Assembly: GCA_015490195.1 (NCBI GenBank)
Contig: WFYG01000005.1
Location: forward strand, 1,478 to 65,477
Length of the DNA stretch: 64,000 nucleotides
DNA from: Thermovibrio sp.
GTDB lineage: Bacteria; Aquificota; Aquificia; Desulfurobacteriales; Desulfurobacteriaceae
Direction of reading: 5' to 3'
Positions 37,359 through 46,997 of the stretch are shown here, piece by piece (the first letter of the stretch is position 1; each line of letters begins with the position of its first letter). The position numbers were made by a program, and so were the translations under genes. The notes beneath the pieces were generated by a model. It searched no databases. It was not told where the DNA came from and saw only the letters and a program-made list of their open reading frames with translations.

Positions 37359-39920
37359 TCAGCCTTTAAGGTTGTAGGTTTTGAGGAGCTCCTTCAGCCT
37401 TGCAAGGAGCATTAGGGCTTCAAGGGGAGTGGTTGTAGAGATTTCAACCCTTTCAATTTCGTCTAAAATCCGTTTAACTTCTGAGGGAAGTTCTCCCTTT
37501 TCCTTCACCCTGTAGGTCTCTTTTCTCTCTGCGACAGAGAAGAGGGGGAGCTCCTCTCTTTTCTCTTCTCTCCTGCCCTCTTCCCTCTCTAAACTCTCAA
37601 GGATTTCCCTTGCCCTCTCAACGACCTCTTTAGGAAGTCCTGCAAGCTCTGCAACGTGGATTCCGTAAGACTTCTCAGAAGCCCCCGGGAGGAGCCTGTG
37701 GGTGAAGAGGATTTTCCCGTCAACCTCTTTAACTTCAACGTGGTAGTTCTTTACTCCTTCAACCTCTCCCTCAAGCTCTGTCAGTTCGTGGTAGTGGGTT
37801 GCAAAGAGGGTTTTCGCTCCAATCTTCTCTGCCAAAAACTCAACGACAGCCCTTGCTATGCTCATTCCGTCGTATGTGCTGGTTCCTCTGCCTATCTCAT
37901 CAAGTATTACAAGGCTCTTTTCTGTAGCGTTCTTAAGAATGTTTGCCGTTTCAACCATCTCCATCATGAAAGTTGATAGGCCTCGGCTTAGGTTGTCTGC
38001 AGCTCCAACCCGTGTAAATATCCGGTCTACAACTCCAACTTTTGCAGACTCAGCGGGAACAAAGGAGCCCATCTGAGCCATCAGCGTTATTAGTGCCGTC
38101 TGCCTTAAGAAAACAGACTTCCCGCCCATGTTTGGGCCGGTTATTATGAGAACCCTCTCATTTCTGTTTAAACTGGTGTCGTTTGGAATGAACTCGTCCT
38201 CTAAGAACTTTTCTAAAACGGGGTGTCTTCCCCCCTTTATCTCAACTGAGTAAGAGTCTGTAATTTCAGGCTTTGTGTAGCCCCTCTCCTGTGCAACTTT
38301 CGCAAGTGAGAGGAGAACGTCAACGGTTGCAACAATCTCGGCAGACCTAGCAATCCTTCCAGCGTTTTCGGTTATGAACCGGCGGAGCTCCGTAAACAGC
38401 TGGTACTCTATCTTCTCAATCCTCTCCTGAGCAGAGAGGATCTTCTCCTCAAACTCTTTAAGCTCAGGCGTTATGAACCTTTCGGCGTTTACGAGGGTCT
38501 GCTTCCTTATGTAATCTTTGGGAACTAAGTGTAGATTGGGCTTTGAGACCTCTATGTAGTAGCCGAAAACGTTGTTGAAACCAACCTTTAAACTCTGAAT
38601 TCCCGTCCTTTTCCTCTCCCTCTCCTCTATCTCCTTTATTATCCTTTCTCCGTTCTCCTTTATCTCCCTTAAGCTGTCAAGTTCCTCGTTTACTCCTCTC
38701 CTTATGAGGCCTCCCTCACGGGATGTAAAGGGCGGGTTGTCTACAAGAATCCTGTCTATCTCGCAGAAAACGTCGTAGAGGTCGTCAAACCGGGAAGAGA
38801 GCTCTGTAAGGAGCGGAGAGTGGAACTCAGAGAGGAGTTTCTTTATCTCCGGGAAGACCTTGAGAGAGTTCCTGAGGGCTGAAACGTCTTTCGGGTTTGC
38901 TATTCCAGAAGAAATTTTGGTTAAAAGCCTTTCAACGTCGTAAACTTTACTGAGCTTCTCCCTCAGTTCGTCTGCTAAAAAGAAGCTGTCTACAAACTCC
39001 TCAACGGCAGAGAGCCTTTCCTCTATCTCTTTTCTGTTTTTTAAGGGGTGGAGTATCCAGAACTTTAAGAGGCGCCTTCCCATTCCTGTTTTCGTTCTGT
39101 TTAAGACGTTAAAGAGTGTAGCAGAGGAGAGCTTGTCATAGAGGGGTTCAACGAGCTCTAAGTTCCTCTGTGTGTGGGGGTCTAAGTAGATAAACCGCTC
39201 TCCTGTGTATCTCCTTGGCTCCTTTAGTTTCGGGACGAACTCAATCTGTGTCTCTTTGACGAATGAGAGGAGAGCTCCCAGAACCTTTTCCTCTTCCTTG
39301 GACGTCGCCTCAGGAGTTTTCTCCTCTTTGAAGAAAGTCTCGTCCTTCTCCTGAATGAAGCTCTCAGGGAAGACTTCCGTTATAACGTTTTTAGGGAATT
39401 TCGGCGGAACAATTATCTCTTTGGGCTTGAACTTTGCGATGAGAGACTGGAGTTCCTCCCTGCTCAAACTGGTGAAGTAGAGGTCTCCGCTTGAGAGCTC
39501 CGCCCAGGCAACGGCAAACCTCTCCTTTTTGGGATAAATGGCCATTAAAAACCGGTCTTCCGTCTCGTCCTCAAAGTAGGTTCCAGGGGTAATTACCCTT
39601 ACAACGCCCCTCTTTACAACCTTCTTTCCCGGCTTTGGCTCTTCCAACTGCTCGCATATTGCAACCTTGTAGCCCTTCCTTACCAGCTTTGCTATGTAAC
39701 CTTCAGCGGCATGATGGGGAACGCCGCACATTGGAGCTTTCTCTCCGCCCTTTCCAAAGGAGCGTTTGGTAAGGGCTATCTCAAGCTCCCTTGCGGCGAC
39801 TTCTGCGTCTTCAAAGAACATCTCGTAGAAGTCGCCCATACGGAACATAAGGATTGCGTCTTTATACTTCTCTTTCAGCTCTAAATACTGCTTAAGAGCC
39901 GGAGTTATCTTCTTTGACAA
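37359..39920 (-). CDS. mutS: DNA mismatch repair protein MutS
   Basis: TPALKQYLELK, FYEMFFEDA, the Walker A motif GPNMGGKS, DEIGRGTSTYDG and 853 aa all fit MutS. The start is TTG. Confidence 0.95.
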   Translation of the reverse strand: MSKKITPALKQYLELKEKYKDAILMFRMGDFYEMFFEDAEVAARELEIALTKRSFGKGGEKAPMCGVPHHAAEGYIAKLVRKGYKVAICEQLEEPKPGKKVVKRGVVRVITPGTYFEDETEDRFLMAIYPKKERFAVAWAELSSGDLYFTSLSREELQSLIAKFKPKEIIVPPKFPKNVITEVFPESFIQEKDETFFKEEKTPEATSKEEEKVLGALLSFVKETQIEFVPKLKEPRRYTGERFIYLDPHTQRNLELVEPLYDKLSSATLFNVLNRTKTGMGRRLLKFWILHPLKNRKEIEERLSAVEEFVDSFFLADELREKLSKVYDVERLLTKISSGIANPKDVSALRNSLKVFPEIKKLLSEFHSPLLTELSSRFDDLYDVFCEIDRILVDNPPFTSREGGLIRRGVNEELDSLREIKENGERIIKEIEERERKRTGIQSLKVGFNNVFGYYIEVSKPNLHLVPKDYIRKQTLVNAERFITPELKEFEEKILSAQERIEKIEYQLFTELRRFITENAGRIARSAEIVATVDVLLSLAKVAQERGYTKPEITDSYSVEIKGGRHPVLEKFLEDEFIPNDTSLNRNERVLIITGPNMGGKSVFLRQTALITLMAQMGSFVPAESAKVGVVDRIFTRVGAADNLSRGLSTFMMEMVETANILKNATEKSLVILDEIGRGTSTYDGMSIARAVVEFLAEKIGAKTLFATHYHELTELEGEVEGVKNYHVEVKEVDGKILFTHRLLPGASEKSYGIHVAELAGLPKEVVERAREILESLEREEGRREEKREELPLFSVAERKETYRVKEKGELPSEVKRILDEIERVEISTTTPLEALMLLARLKELLKTYNLKG

Positions 39921-40062
39921 AAATCTCCTCCTCTACTCTGTACTCCTCGTTCAGCCACTTTGAAAGGTCTGCCAGTTTGCACTTTTCAGAGCAGAAAGGC
40001 CTGTAAGGGTTGTTCTTCCAGTTTGTCTCTTTTCCGCAGTTTGGACACTTTACTTTCTTCAA
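39892..40062 (-). CDS. yacG: DNA gyrase inhibitor YacG-like zinc-ribbon protein (56 aa)
   Basis: MKKVKCPNCGKETNWKNNPYRPFCSEKCKLADLSKWLNEEY matches the YacG CPxCG...RPFCS.RC..IDL..W pattern. The TTG start follows GAGGA. It overlaps the mutS start by 29 nt and is absent from the ORF track. Confidence 0.7.
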   Translation of the reverse strand: MKKVKCPNCGKETNWKNNPYRPFCSEKCKLADLSKWLNEEYRVEEEIFVKEDNSGS

Positions 40063-40129
40063 GCCGTCCTCAGAATAGGGTTTCCCGTCTTAAATTAGAC
40101 GGAGAACTCTTTAAATCAAGGTTTGGGGT

Positions 40130-41074
40130 ATGGAAGCTGTAGTTGATAAAGAGCACGCTGGGAAACGGTTAGACCAGTTCCTCTCTGAGGTTGCAGATAT
40201 ATCAAGGTCTCAGGCCAAAGAGCTTATAGAAGAGGGATTGGTTCTTGTTGACGGGAAGGAGTCGAAAAAACCCTCTCAGAAAGTAAAAGAGGGGCAGAGG
40301 GTTGAGTTTGAGATTCCGGAGCCTGAGCCTTTGGAGCTCCAGCCTGAAAACATTCCCTTAGACGTTGTTTACGAAGACAGAGACGTAATCGTTATCAACA
40401 AGCCTGCAGGCCTTGTAGTCCACCCTGCTCCCGGCCACTACTCAGGAACCCTCGTCAACGCCCTTCTCTACCACTGTAAAGACCTTGAGGGGATAAACGG
40501 AACCTTAAGGCCGGGAATAGTTCACAGGTTAGATAAAGACACTGCAGGCCTCTTGGTTGTTGCTAAGAACGACCTTGCTCAGAGGTCTTTAGTTGAGCAG
40601 TTTAAAAAGAGAAGCGTTGGAAGGCTCTACAGAGCTCTCCTCCTTGGAATTCCAGAGAAGGAGAAGGACAGGATAGTTCTGCCCATTGGAAGGGACAGGT
40701 TTGACAGGAAGAAGTTTTCGCCAAACACGACTTCTCCCAAAGAGGCGATAACGAACTACTGGATTACTGAGAAGTTCCCTCAGTTCAACGTTTCTGAAGT
40801 TGAGTGTAAATTAGAAACCGGAAGAACCCACCAGATAAGGGTCCACATGTCCTCTTTAGGTCACCCTCTCTTAGGAGATAGGACTTACGGCTACAAGCCA
40901 TCAAGAATTAAAGATGAAAAACTTAGGAAACTTGTAGACGAGATGGGAATGCACGCCCTCTGCGCCTACTACCTCTCCTTTGACCATCCGAGAACGGGTA
41001 AAAGGATGGAGTTCAGGGTGGAGCTCCCTCCCGGCTACCGTAAAGTTCTCTCTTATCTGAGGGGTGAGGAGTAG
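40130..41074 (+). CDS. rluD: RluA-family 23S rRNA pseudouridine synthase (RluD-like)
   Basis: An N-terminal S4 domain (RLDQFLS), NKPAGLVVHP and the catalytic HRLDKDTAGLL motif are present. Confidence 0.85.
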   Translation: MEAVVDKEHAGKRLDQFLSEVADISRSQAKELIEEGLVLVDGKESKKPSQKVKEGQRVEFEIPEPEPLELQPENIPLDVVYEDRDVIVINKPAGLVVHPAPGHYSGTLVNALLYHCKDLEGINGTLRPGIVHRLDKDTAGLLVVAKNDLAQRSLVEQFKKRSVGRLYRALLLGIPEKEKDRIVLPIGRDRFDRKKFSPNTTSPKEAITNYWITEKFPQFNVSEVECKLETGRTHQIRVHMSSLGHPLLGDRTYGYKPSRIKDEKLRKLVDEMGMHALCAYYLSFDHPRTGKRMEFRVELPPGYRKVLSYLRGEE

Positions 41075-41115
41075 CATTTGGTAAGGTTTACTGAAAACTT
41101 TAGCTGGAGGAAGGG

Positions 41116-41568
41116 GTGGATTTCTTGATGGAGCTCCTTGCAACGGGTCTCTTCACAGGCAAACTTCCCAAGATGCCTGGAACCTGGGGTTCAATATTTG
41201 CAGCCATCTGCTGCTACTTTTTCTGGCCTGAAAACATCTACGTTCAGCTTTTGGTTATTGTAATTACCTTTTTGATAAGCGTTGTTTCTGCCGATTACGT
41301 CTCTAAAAGGCTTGGAGACAAAGACCCTGATGAAGTTGTAATAGATGAAATTTTAGGAATAGAGATAACCTTCTTTGGCCTTCACGCTGCCCACAACGTT
41401 AAGCTGGCATTTTTAGGTCTAATTCTATTCAGGGTTATTGATATAATGAAACCTCCGCCTATTAAGTGGTTTGAGAAGTTTCCCGGCGGTTTAGGAATAA
41501 CTGTGGACGACGCCGTTGCTGGGGTTATCTCAAACGTTCTTTTAAGGCTTCTTGGAGGTTTTCTGTAA
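41116..41568 (+). CDS. pgpA: Phosphatidylglycerophosphatase A
   Basis: LPKMPGTWGS, DPDEVVIDE and KPPP match PgpA. The true start may be the ATG at 41128. Confidence 0.8.
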   Translation: MDFLMELLATGLFTGKLPKMPGTWGSIFAAICCYFFWPENIYVQLLVIVITFLISVVSADYVSKRLGDKDPDEVVIDEILGIEITFFGLHAAHNVKLAFLGLILFRVIDIMKPPPIKWFEKFPGGLGITVDDAVAGVISNVLLRLLGGFL

Positions 41569-42986
41569 TGTTTAAAAAGATTTTGATTGCAAACAGAGGA
41601 GAGGTTGCGACAAGGGTTATCAGGGCCTGTAAGGAACTGGGAATAAAAACCGTTGCAATCTACTCAGAGGCGGACGTCAACTCCCTTCACGTGAAAAAGG
41701 CCGACGAGGCTTACCTCATCCACGGAGACCCTATAAAGGCCTATCTCAACTACTACAAAATCGTTGACATAGCCAAAAGAGCCGGAGCAGAGGCCATCCA
41801 TCCCGGTTACGGCTTTCTCTCTGAAAGGGCAGACTTTGCAGAGTATGCAAGGAAGAAAGGGATTGAGTTTATAGGCCCTTCAGTTGAACACCTTAGGATC
41901 TTTGGAAGCAAGATTGAGTCCAAGAAACTCATGAAGGAGCTTGGCGTTCCCGTTGCGGAAGGGAGCGAAAAGCCCATTGCCGATGTTGAGGAGGCTAAAG
42001 AGATTGCTGAGAAAATCGGTTACCCAGTAATGATTAAAGCAGCCCACGGAGGAGGTGGTAGAGGTTTAAGGGTTGCGAGGAACGAGAAAGAGCTCGTCTC
42101 CCAGTTCCAGCTTGCCGTTAAAGAGGCCGAAGCGGCTTTCGGTAAGGGAGAGGTCTTCATAGAGAAATTCATAGAGAACCCTCGCCACATAGAGATACAG
42201 ATAGTTGCAGATAAACACGGAAACGTGGTTCACCTTGGGGAGAGGGACTGCTCTCTCCAGAGGAGACACCAGAAGGTCTTAGAGATAGCTCCGTCTCCCG
42301 TTCTCACGAGGCGCCAGAGAGAGAAGCTCGGAAGAATCTGTGTTGAGGCGGCCAGAGCCATCGGCTACTACGGTGTTGGAACCTGGGAATTCCTGATGGA
42401 TAAATACGGGAACTTCTACTTTATGGAAGTTAACCCAAGGCTTCAGGTTGAACACACAATAACCGAAGAGATTACAGGTATAGACATCGTTCAGGAGCAG
42501 ATAAGAATAGCTGCCGGAATGGGTCTTTCGTTCTCTCAGAAAAACGTTCATATAAACGGCTTTGCCTTCCAGTTCAGGATAAACGCCGAAGACCCGACGA
42601 AAGACTTTGTTCCCGTTCCGGGGACTATTACAGCTTACTACTCTCCCGGTGGAATAGGGGTAAGGATAGACGGCGTTGTCTATAAAGGTTACACCATTCC
42701 ACCCTACTACGACTCAATGGTTGCAAAGCTCATCGTCTGGGGAAGGAACTGGGACGAGACTATTAGGCGTTCAAGGAGAGCTTTAGGAGAGTTCGTAATA
42801 AGGGGCGTTCCTACTACGATTCCATTCTTCAAGAAGATCCTCAACGACCCTGAGTTTGTAAAGGGGCAGTTTGATACCTCGTTCATAGACAGAAAGATTA
42901 AAGAGTTCACGTTTATTCAGGAAACAGACCCGGAAGTTCTGGCACTTGCAATATCTGCCGCAATTGCTGCCCACCACGGGCTTTAA
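41568..42986 (+). CDS. Biotin carboxylase subunit of a two-subunit carboxylase (pyruvate carboxylase subunit A or 2-oxoglutarate carboxylase small subunit)
   Basis: KILIANRGEVA.RVIRAC, the ATP-grasp loop GGGGRG, and EVNPRLQVEH are present; 472 aa. Confidence 0.85.
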   Translation: MFKKILIANRGEVATRVIRACKELGIKTVAIYSEADVNSLHVKKADEAYLIHGDPIKAYLNYYKIVDIAKRAGAEAIHPGYGFLSERADFAEYARKKGIEFIGPSVEHLRIFGSKIESKKLMKELGVPVAEGSEKPIADVEEAKEIAEKIGYPVMIKAAHGGGGRGLRVARNEKELVSQFQLAVKEAEAAFGKGEVFIEKFIENPRHIEIQIVADKHGNVVHLGERDCSLQRRHQKVLEIAPSPVLTRRQREKLGRICVEAARAIGYYGVGTWEFLMDKYGNFYFMEVNPRLQVEHTITEEITGIDIVQEQIRIAAGMGLSFSQKNVHINGFAFQFRINAEDPTKDFVPVPGTITAYYSPGGIGVRIDGVVYKGYTIPPYYDSMVAKLIVWGRNWDETIRRSRRALGEFVIRGVPTTIPFFKKILNDPEFVKGQFDTSFIDRKIKEFTFIQETDPEVLALAISAAIAAHHGL

Positions 42987-43007
42987 AGACGTTTTAGGAG
43001 GAGTTCA

Positions 43008-44864
43008 ATGGGAAGGAAGATTCAGTTTACAGACGTAACCCTTCGGGATGCCCACCAGTCCCTCTTTGCAACCCGTATGAAGACAAGGGACATGGTTGAG
43101 ATAGCTCCCGTTATAGATAAGGCCGGTTTCTGGTCTGTTGAAATGTGGGGCGGGGCAACTTTTGACGTCTGCCTCAGGTTCTTAAGGGAAGACCCGTGGG
43201 AGAGGCTGAAAACCTTAAGGAAGCTCATGCCAAATTCTCGCCTTCAGATGCTTCTGAGGGGTCAGAACTTAGTTGGTTACAGGCATTACCCCGACGATGT
43301 TGTTAGGGCTTTTGTAAGAAAAGCTGCCGAGAACGGAATAGACGTTTTCAGAATATTTGACGCTTTAAACGACCTGAGAAACGTTGAGGTTGCCGTTGAG
43401 ACTGCAAAAGAGATGGGGAAGATCGTTGAGGGAGCTCTCTCCTACACCATCAGCCCCGTCCACACAGAAGACCTCTACATAGAGCTCGCCCTTGAGTTTA
43501 AAGAGATGGGAGCAGACATAATCACAATTAAGGACATGGCAGGTCTCCTCTCCCCTGAAAAGGCCTACTCTCTGGTTAAAGCCCTTAAAGAGGAAGTTGG
43601 CCTTCCCGTCCACGTTCATACTCACTGTACGAGCGGTATGGCTGAGATGGCACAGTTGAAGGCGGCAGAGGCTGGAGCCGACATCTTTGACGTTGCAATT
43701 TCTCCTATGGCGTCAGACACTTCCCACCCTGCCGTTGAAACGATGGCCTACGCCCTTGGAGAGTTTGGATTTGAGATAAACCTTGATAAATCTGCCCTCA
43801 AGAAGATGGCTCACCACTTTAAAGAGGTTCGTAAAAAATACAAAAAGTACGACATAGACTTTAAGGGAATAGATGCCGCAGTTCTTGAGCACCAGATACC
43901 CGGCGGAATGATATCTAACCTTGTAAACCAGCTGAAAGAACAGGGAGCTCTTGACAGGTTAGAGGAAGTTCTTGAAGAAGTGCCACGGGTTCGTGAAGAC
44001 CTTGGATACCCGCCACTTGTCACTCCTACAAGCCAGATTGTTGGAACTCAGGCCGTTCTAAACGTTCTGGCCGGCGAGCGCTATAAGATGATTACTCAAG
44101 AGACTAAAAACTACGTTAAAGGACTTTACGGAAGGCCACCTGCTCCAATAAAAGAGGAGATTATTAAGAAGGTTTTAGGAGATGAGGAGCCCATTACCTG
44201 CAGGCCTGCAGACCTTCTCCAGCCGGAACTTGATAAGTGTAGAGAAGAGATTAAAGATCTTGCAAGGAGCGAGGAGGACGTTCTCTCCTACTGCCTCTTC
44301 CCCAAGGTTGCTAAAGAGTTCTTTGAGTGGAGAGAGAAGGTTGAGAAAGGGGAGATTCCTGCCATTTCAGAGGAGGATCTCCACGATATGGAAGAGGAAG
44401 AGAGGCAGTGCCCTCAGCCCCTTGCTCCAACAGAGTTCATTATTAACGTTCACGGCGAGAGCTACCACGTTAAGATAGCAGGCGTTGGCCATAAAAAAGA
44501 GGGTAAGAAACCCTACTTCGTTAAGATTGACGGAAGGCTTGAAGAGGTTATGGTTGAGCCCCTTGTTGAGATAGTTCCAACAAGGGAAGAGGTTGAAATT
44601 GCAGGGGAGCTCACCAGCGCTTCAAAAAGACCCAGGGCAACAAAAGAGGGAGACGTTACCTCCCCTATGCCTGCAAAAGTTGTTGAGATTAAGGTTAAAG
44701 AGGGAGACAGGGTTAACGAGGGAGACGTTGTTGCAATCGTTGAGGCTATGAAAATGCAGAACGAGGTTCACGCTCCTATCAGCGGTGTTGTTAAGGCCAT
44801 TTACGTGCAGCCGGGGGACAACGTTAATCCAGACGAAGCACTTATGACAATTGAGCCGGAGTAG
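43008..44864 (+). CDS. Carboxyltransferase plus biotinyl-carrier subunit (pyruvate carboxylase subunit B / oxaloacetate decarboxylase alpha-like; could be the 2-oxoglutarate carboxylase large subunit)
   Basis: FTDVTLRDAHQSL and HTHCTSG are present, and the C-terminal lipoyl/biotinyl domain carries the EAMKMQNEV biotinylation motif. Confidence 0.85.
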   Translation: MGRKIQFTDVTLRDAHQSLFATRMKTRDMVEIAPVIDKAGFWSVEMWGGATFDVCLRFLREDPWERLKTLRKLMPNSRLQMLLRGQNLVGYRHYPDDVVRAFVRKAAENGIDVFRIFDALNDLRNVEVAVETAKEMGKIVEGALSYTISPVHTEDLYIELALEFKEMGADIITIKDMAGLLSPEKAYSLVKALKEEVGLPVHVHTHCTSGMAEMAQLKAAEAGADIFDVAISPMASDTSHPAVETMAYALGEFGFEINLDKSALKKMAHHFKEVRKKYKKYDIDFKGIDAAVLEHQIPGGMISNLVNQLKEQGALDRLEEVLEEVPRVREDLGYPPLVTPTSQIVGTQAVLNVLAGERYKMITQETKNYVKGLYGRPPAPIKEEIIKKVLGDEEPITCRPADLLQPELDKCREEIKDLARSEEDVLSYCLFPKVAKEFFEWREKVEKGEIPAISEEDLHDMEEEERQCPQPLAPTEFIINVHGESYHVKIAGVGHKKEGKKPYFVKIDGRLEEVMVEPLVEIVPTREEVEIAGELTSASKRPRATKEGDVTSPMPAKVVEIKVKEGDRVNEGDVVAIVEAMKMQNEVHAPISGVVKAIYVQPGDNVNPDEALMTIEPE

Positions 44865-44873
44865 GAGGACTTT

Positions 44874-44993
44874 ATGAGGAAATTCCTACTTGGGTTTATT
44901 TTTCTAGCTGTTTTCGGGGGAACCCTCTCCTCCTGCTGCTGTTGTCACCCGTTTTGCCACCACAGGGAGTGTGCCTGTCCTTGCCGTCAATAG
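44874..44993 (+). CDS. Putative 39-aa Cys/His-rich mini-lipoprotein (MRKFLLGFIFLAVFGGTLSSCCCCHPFCHHRECACPCRQ)
   Basis: A strong AGGAGG SD lies 5 nt upstream of the ATG, directly after the carboxylase stop. It has a signal peptide with a lipobox-like LSSC. The predicted mature 19-mer contains 8 Cys and 3 His. Confidence 0.5.
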   Translation: MRKFLLGFIFLAVFGGTLSSCCCCHPFCHHRECACPCRQ

Positions 44994-45020
44994 TTTGCAG
45001 GTATATATTTCCTTTTGCGT

Positions 45021-45097
45021 CGGGGCGTGGCGTAGCCTGGTAGCGCGCTGGCATGGGGGGCCAGAGGTCGCCCGTTCAAGTCGGGTCGCCCCGACCA
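45021..45097 (+). tRNA. tRNA-Pro (anticodon GGG)
   Basis: CGGGGCGTGGCGTAGCCTGGTAGCGCG-CTGGC-ATGGGGG-GCCAG...GGTCGCCCGTTCAAGTCGGGT-CGCCCCGACCA. Confidence 0.9.
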
Positions 45098-45125
45098 TTT
45101 ACTAAACAAAAATAACGGGTTAATT

Positions 45126-45434
45126 GTGAAAAGAGGGTTTCTAATATTTCTTTTTCTTTTACTGCTTCCATTAAAAGTTTTTTCCTCTCAAAGCGGCTGG
45201 ATTGAGAAAAATGGATACTACAAACCTTACGTAAAAGCTAAAACAGGAAATTGCCTGGTTCTTTTTATTACCGAAAGAGGGAAAGTCTATAGAGGAAAAT
45301 GTAGAAAAAGGCGTTTGATTGTTACTCCTGGCAAAATATTTCCCTCAAAAAACGAAAAAATAACGTTTATTGTTCTGAAACTTGATGGAGTTTCCTATCC
45401 TGAGATTGTTGAGACTGGAGAGATTGGTAGATAA
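45126..45434 (+). CDS. Hypothetical secreted protein
   Basis: A signal peptide (FLIFLFLLLLPLKVFSS) is present, but I recognise no motif. Confidence 0.4.
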   Translation: MKRGFLIFLFLLLLPLKVFSSQSGWIEKNGYYKPYVKAKTGNCLVLFITERGKVYRGKCRKRRLIVTPGKIFPSKNEKITFIVLKLDGVSYPEIVETGEIGR

Positions 45435-46939
45435 TGGTTTCTACTGTTTTAAGTTTTGCGACTTTAGGTATTGATGCTATTCCTGTAAAAGTAGAAGTTG
45501 ATGCTTCAAGGGGCTTGCCTGCAACTGTAATAGTAGGCCTTCCAGATTCTGCAGTTAAGGAGAGTAAAGAGAGGGTAAGGGCTGCAATAACAAACTCTGG
45601 CTATCCGTTCCCTGTTAAAAGAATTGTTGTAAACCTTGCTCCGGCAGATGTTAGAAAGGAGGGAACCCTTTACGATCTACCGATTGCTCTGGGAATACTT
45701 GGGAGCTCCGGCCTTCTAAACCTTGAAAGGCTTAGAAACTTCTTGATTGCCGGAGAACTGGGGCTTGAGGGGGAGCTCCACCCCGTTAAAGGAGTTCTCT
45801 CAGCTGCCATTCTGACAAAAGAACTTGGTTTAGAAGGCTTGATTGTTCCTCCTCAGAACGTTGAAGAGGCCACGCTCATTGACGGTGTTCCCGTTTACCC
45901 TGTAAGGAACCTTGTTGAAGCTGTTTCGTTTATAAACGGAGATGTTGAGATTGAGCCTGCTAAAAGAAATAGTTTTGAATACTCCTTTAGCTATCCGGTT
46001 GACTTCTCAGAAGTTGTTGGCCAGTTTCAGGCAAGGCGTGCACTTGAAATAGCTGCAGCAGGTAGGCACAACGTTTTTATGGTAGGCCCTCCCGGTTCAG
46101 GAAAAACGATGCTTGCAAGGCGTCTTCCAACAATCCTTCCTCCGATGACGGAAGAGGAGATAATAGAGACCAGCCGGATCTACTCCGTTGCCGGTTTAAC
46201 CGACGAGGTTCCCGTTCTGCAGCGCCCTTACAGAGCTCCCCACACCTCTGCTTCAGACGTTTCAATAATAGGAGGTGGAAACTCGCTCCGCCCCGGAGAG
46301 GTGAGCCTTGCCCACAACGGAGTCCTCTTTATGGACGAGTTTCCCGAGTTCAAGCGAAGCGTTTTAGAAGCCCTTAGGCAGCCCTTAGAGGATAGAGTTG
46401 TAACGATCTCAAGAGCTTCTGGCTCTGTTACATACCCGGCAGACTTCCTTTTAGTTGCTGCTGCAAATCCGTGCCCCTGTGGGTACTACGGCTTTGAAGA
46501 TGAGAAGAACTACTGCAAGTGTTCCCCTTCTCAGGTGAAAAAGTACAAGAGCAGGATTTCAGGTCCAATCCTTGACAGGATAGACCTCTACGTTCCGGTT
46601 CCTGCCGTGAAACCTGATGAGTTTAAAGGGAATAAGAAGGGAGAGAGCTCCAAAGAAATAAGGGAGCGGGTTGTTAAAGCTTGGGAAATTCAGCAGAAAC
46701 GTTTTTCCCAGCTCCCTATAAGTTTTAACAGCCAGATGGGAAGGAAAGAGATAAGGGAACTGGCTGAAGTTTCAGCTGAGGCTGAGGAACTCCTCATCTC
46801 TGCGTCAAAAACCCTGGGCCTTTCTGCCCGGAGTTTTGATAGGGTTCTAAAAGTTTCAAGAACAATTGCCGACCTTGAAGGGAGTATTTCCGTTGAGCCC
46901 CTCCACGTTGCCGAAGCCCTGAGCTTTAGAGAAGGGTAG
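45434..46939 (+). CDS. YifB/ComM-family Mg-chelatase-like AAA+ ATPase
   Basis: The N-terminal Lon-like domain (TLGIDAIPVKVEVD), GPPGSGKTMLA, GVLFMDEFPEF and 501 aa fit this family. Confidence 0.88.
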   Translation: MVSTVLSFATLGIDAIPVKVEVDASRGLPATVIVGLPDSAVKESKERVRAAITNSGYPFPVKRIVVNLAPADVRKEGTLYDLPIALGILGSSGLLNLERLRNFLIAGELGLEGELHPVKGVLSAAILTKELGLEGLIVPPQNVEEATLIDGVPVYPVRNLVEAVSFINGDVEIEPAKRNSFEYSFSYPVDFSEVVGQFQARRALEIAAAGRHNVFMVGPPGSGKTMLARRLPTILPPMTEEEIIETSRIYSVAGLTDEVPVLQRPYRAPHTSASDVSIIGGGNSLRPGEVSLAHNGVLFMDEFPEFKRSVLEALRQPLEDRVVTISRASGSVTYPADFLLVAAANPCPCGYYGFEDEKNYCKCSPSQVKKYKSRISGPILDRIDLYVPVPAVKPDEFKGNKKGESSKEIRERVVKAWEIQQKRFSQLPISFNSQMGRKEIRELAEVSAEAEELLISASKTLGLSARSFDRVLKVSRTIADLEGSISVEPLHVAEALSFREG

Positions 46940-46997
46940 AAAGGAGTGTTTGAATATAAACGGAAATTGGGCTATATTTCACTTATAGGTTAAATGG

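Noticed and set aside
44904-45098. 64-aa minus-strand ORF
   Set aside because: It is antisense to tRNA-Pro and to the Cys-rich mini-ORF, and it shows the typical tRNA-antisense peptide (RLERATSGPP).
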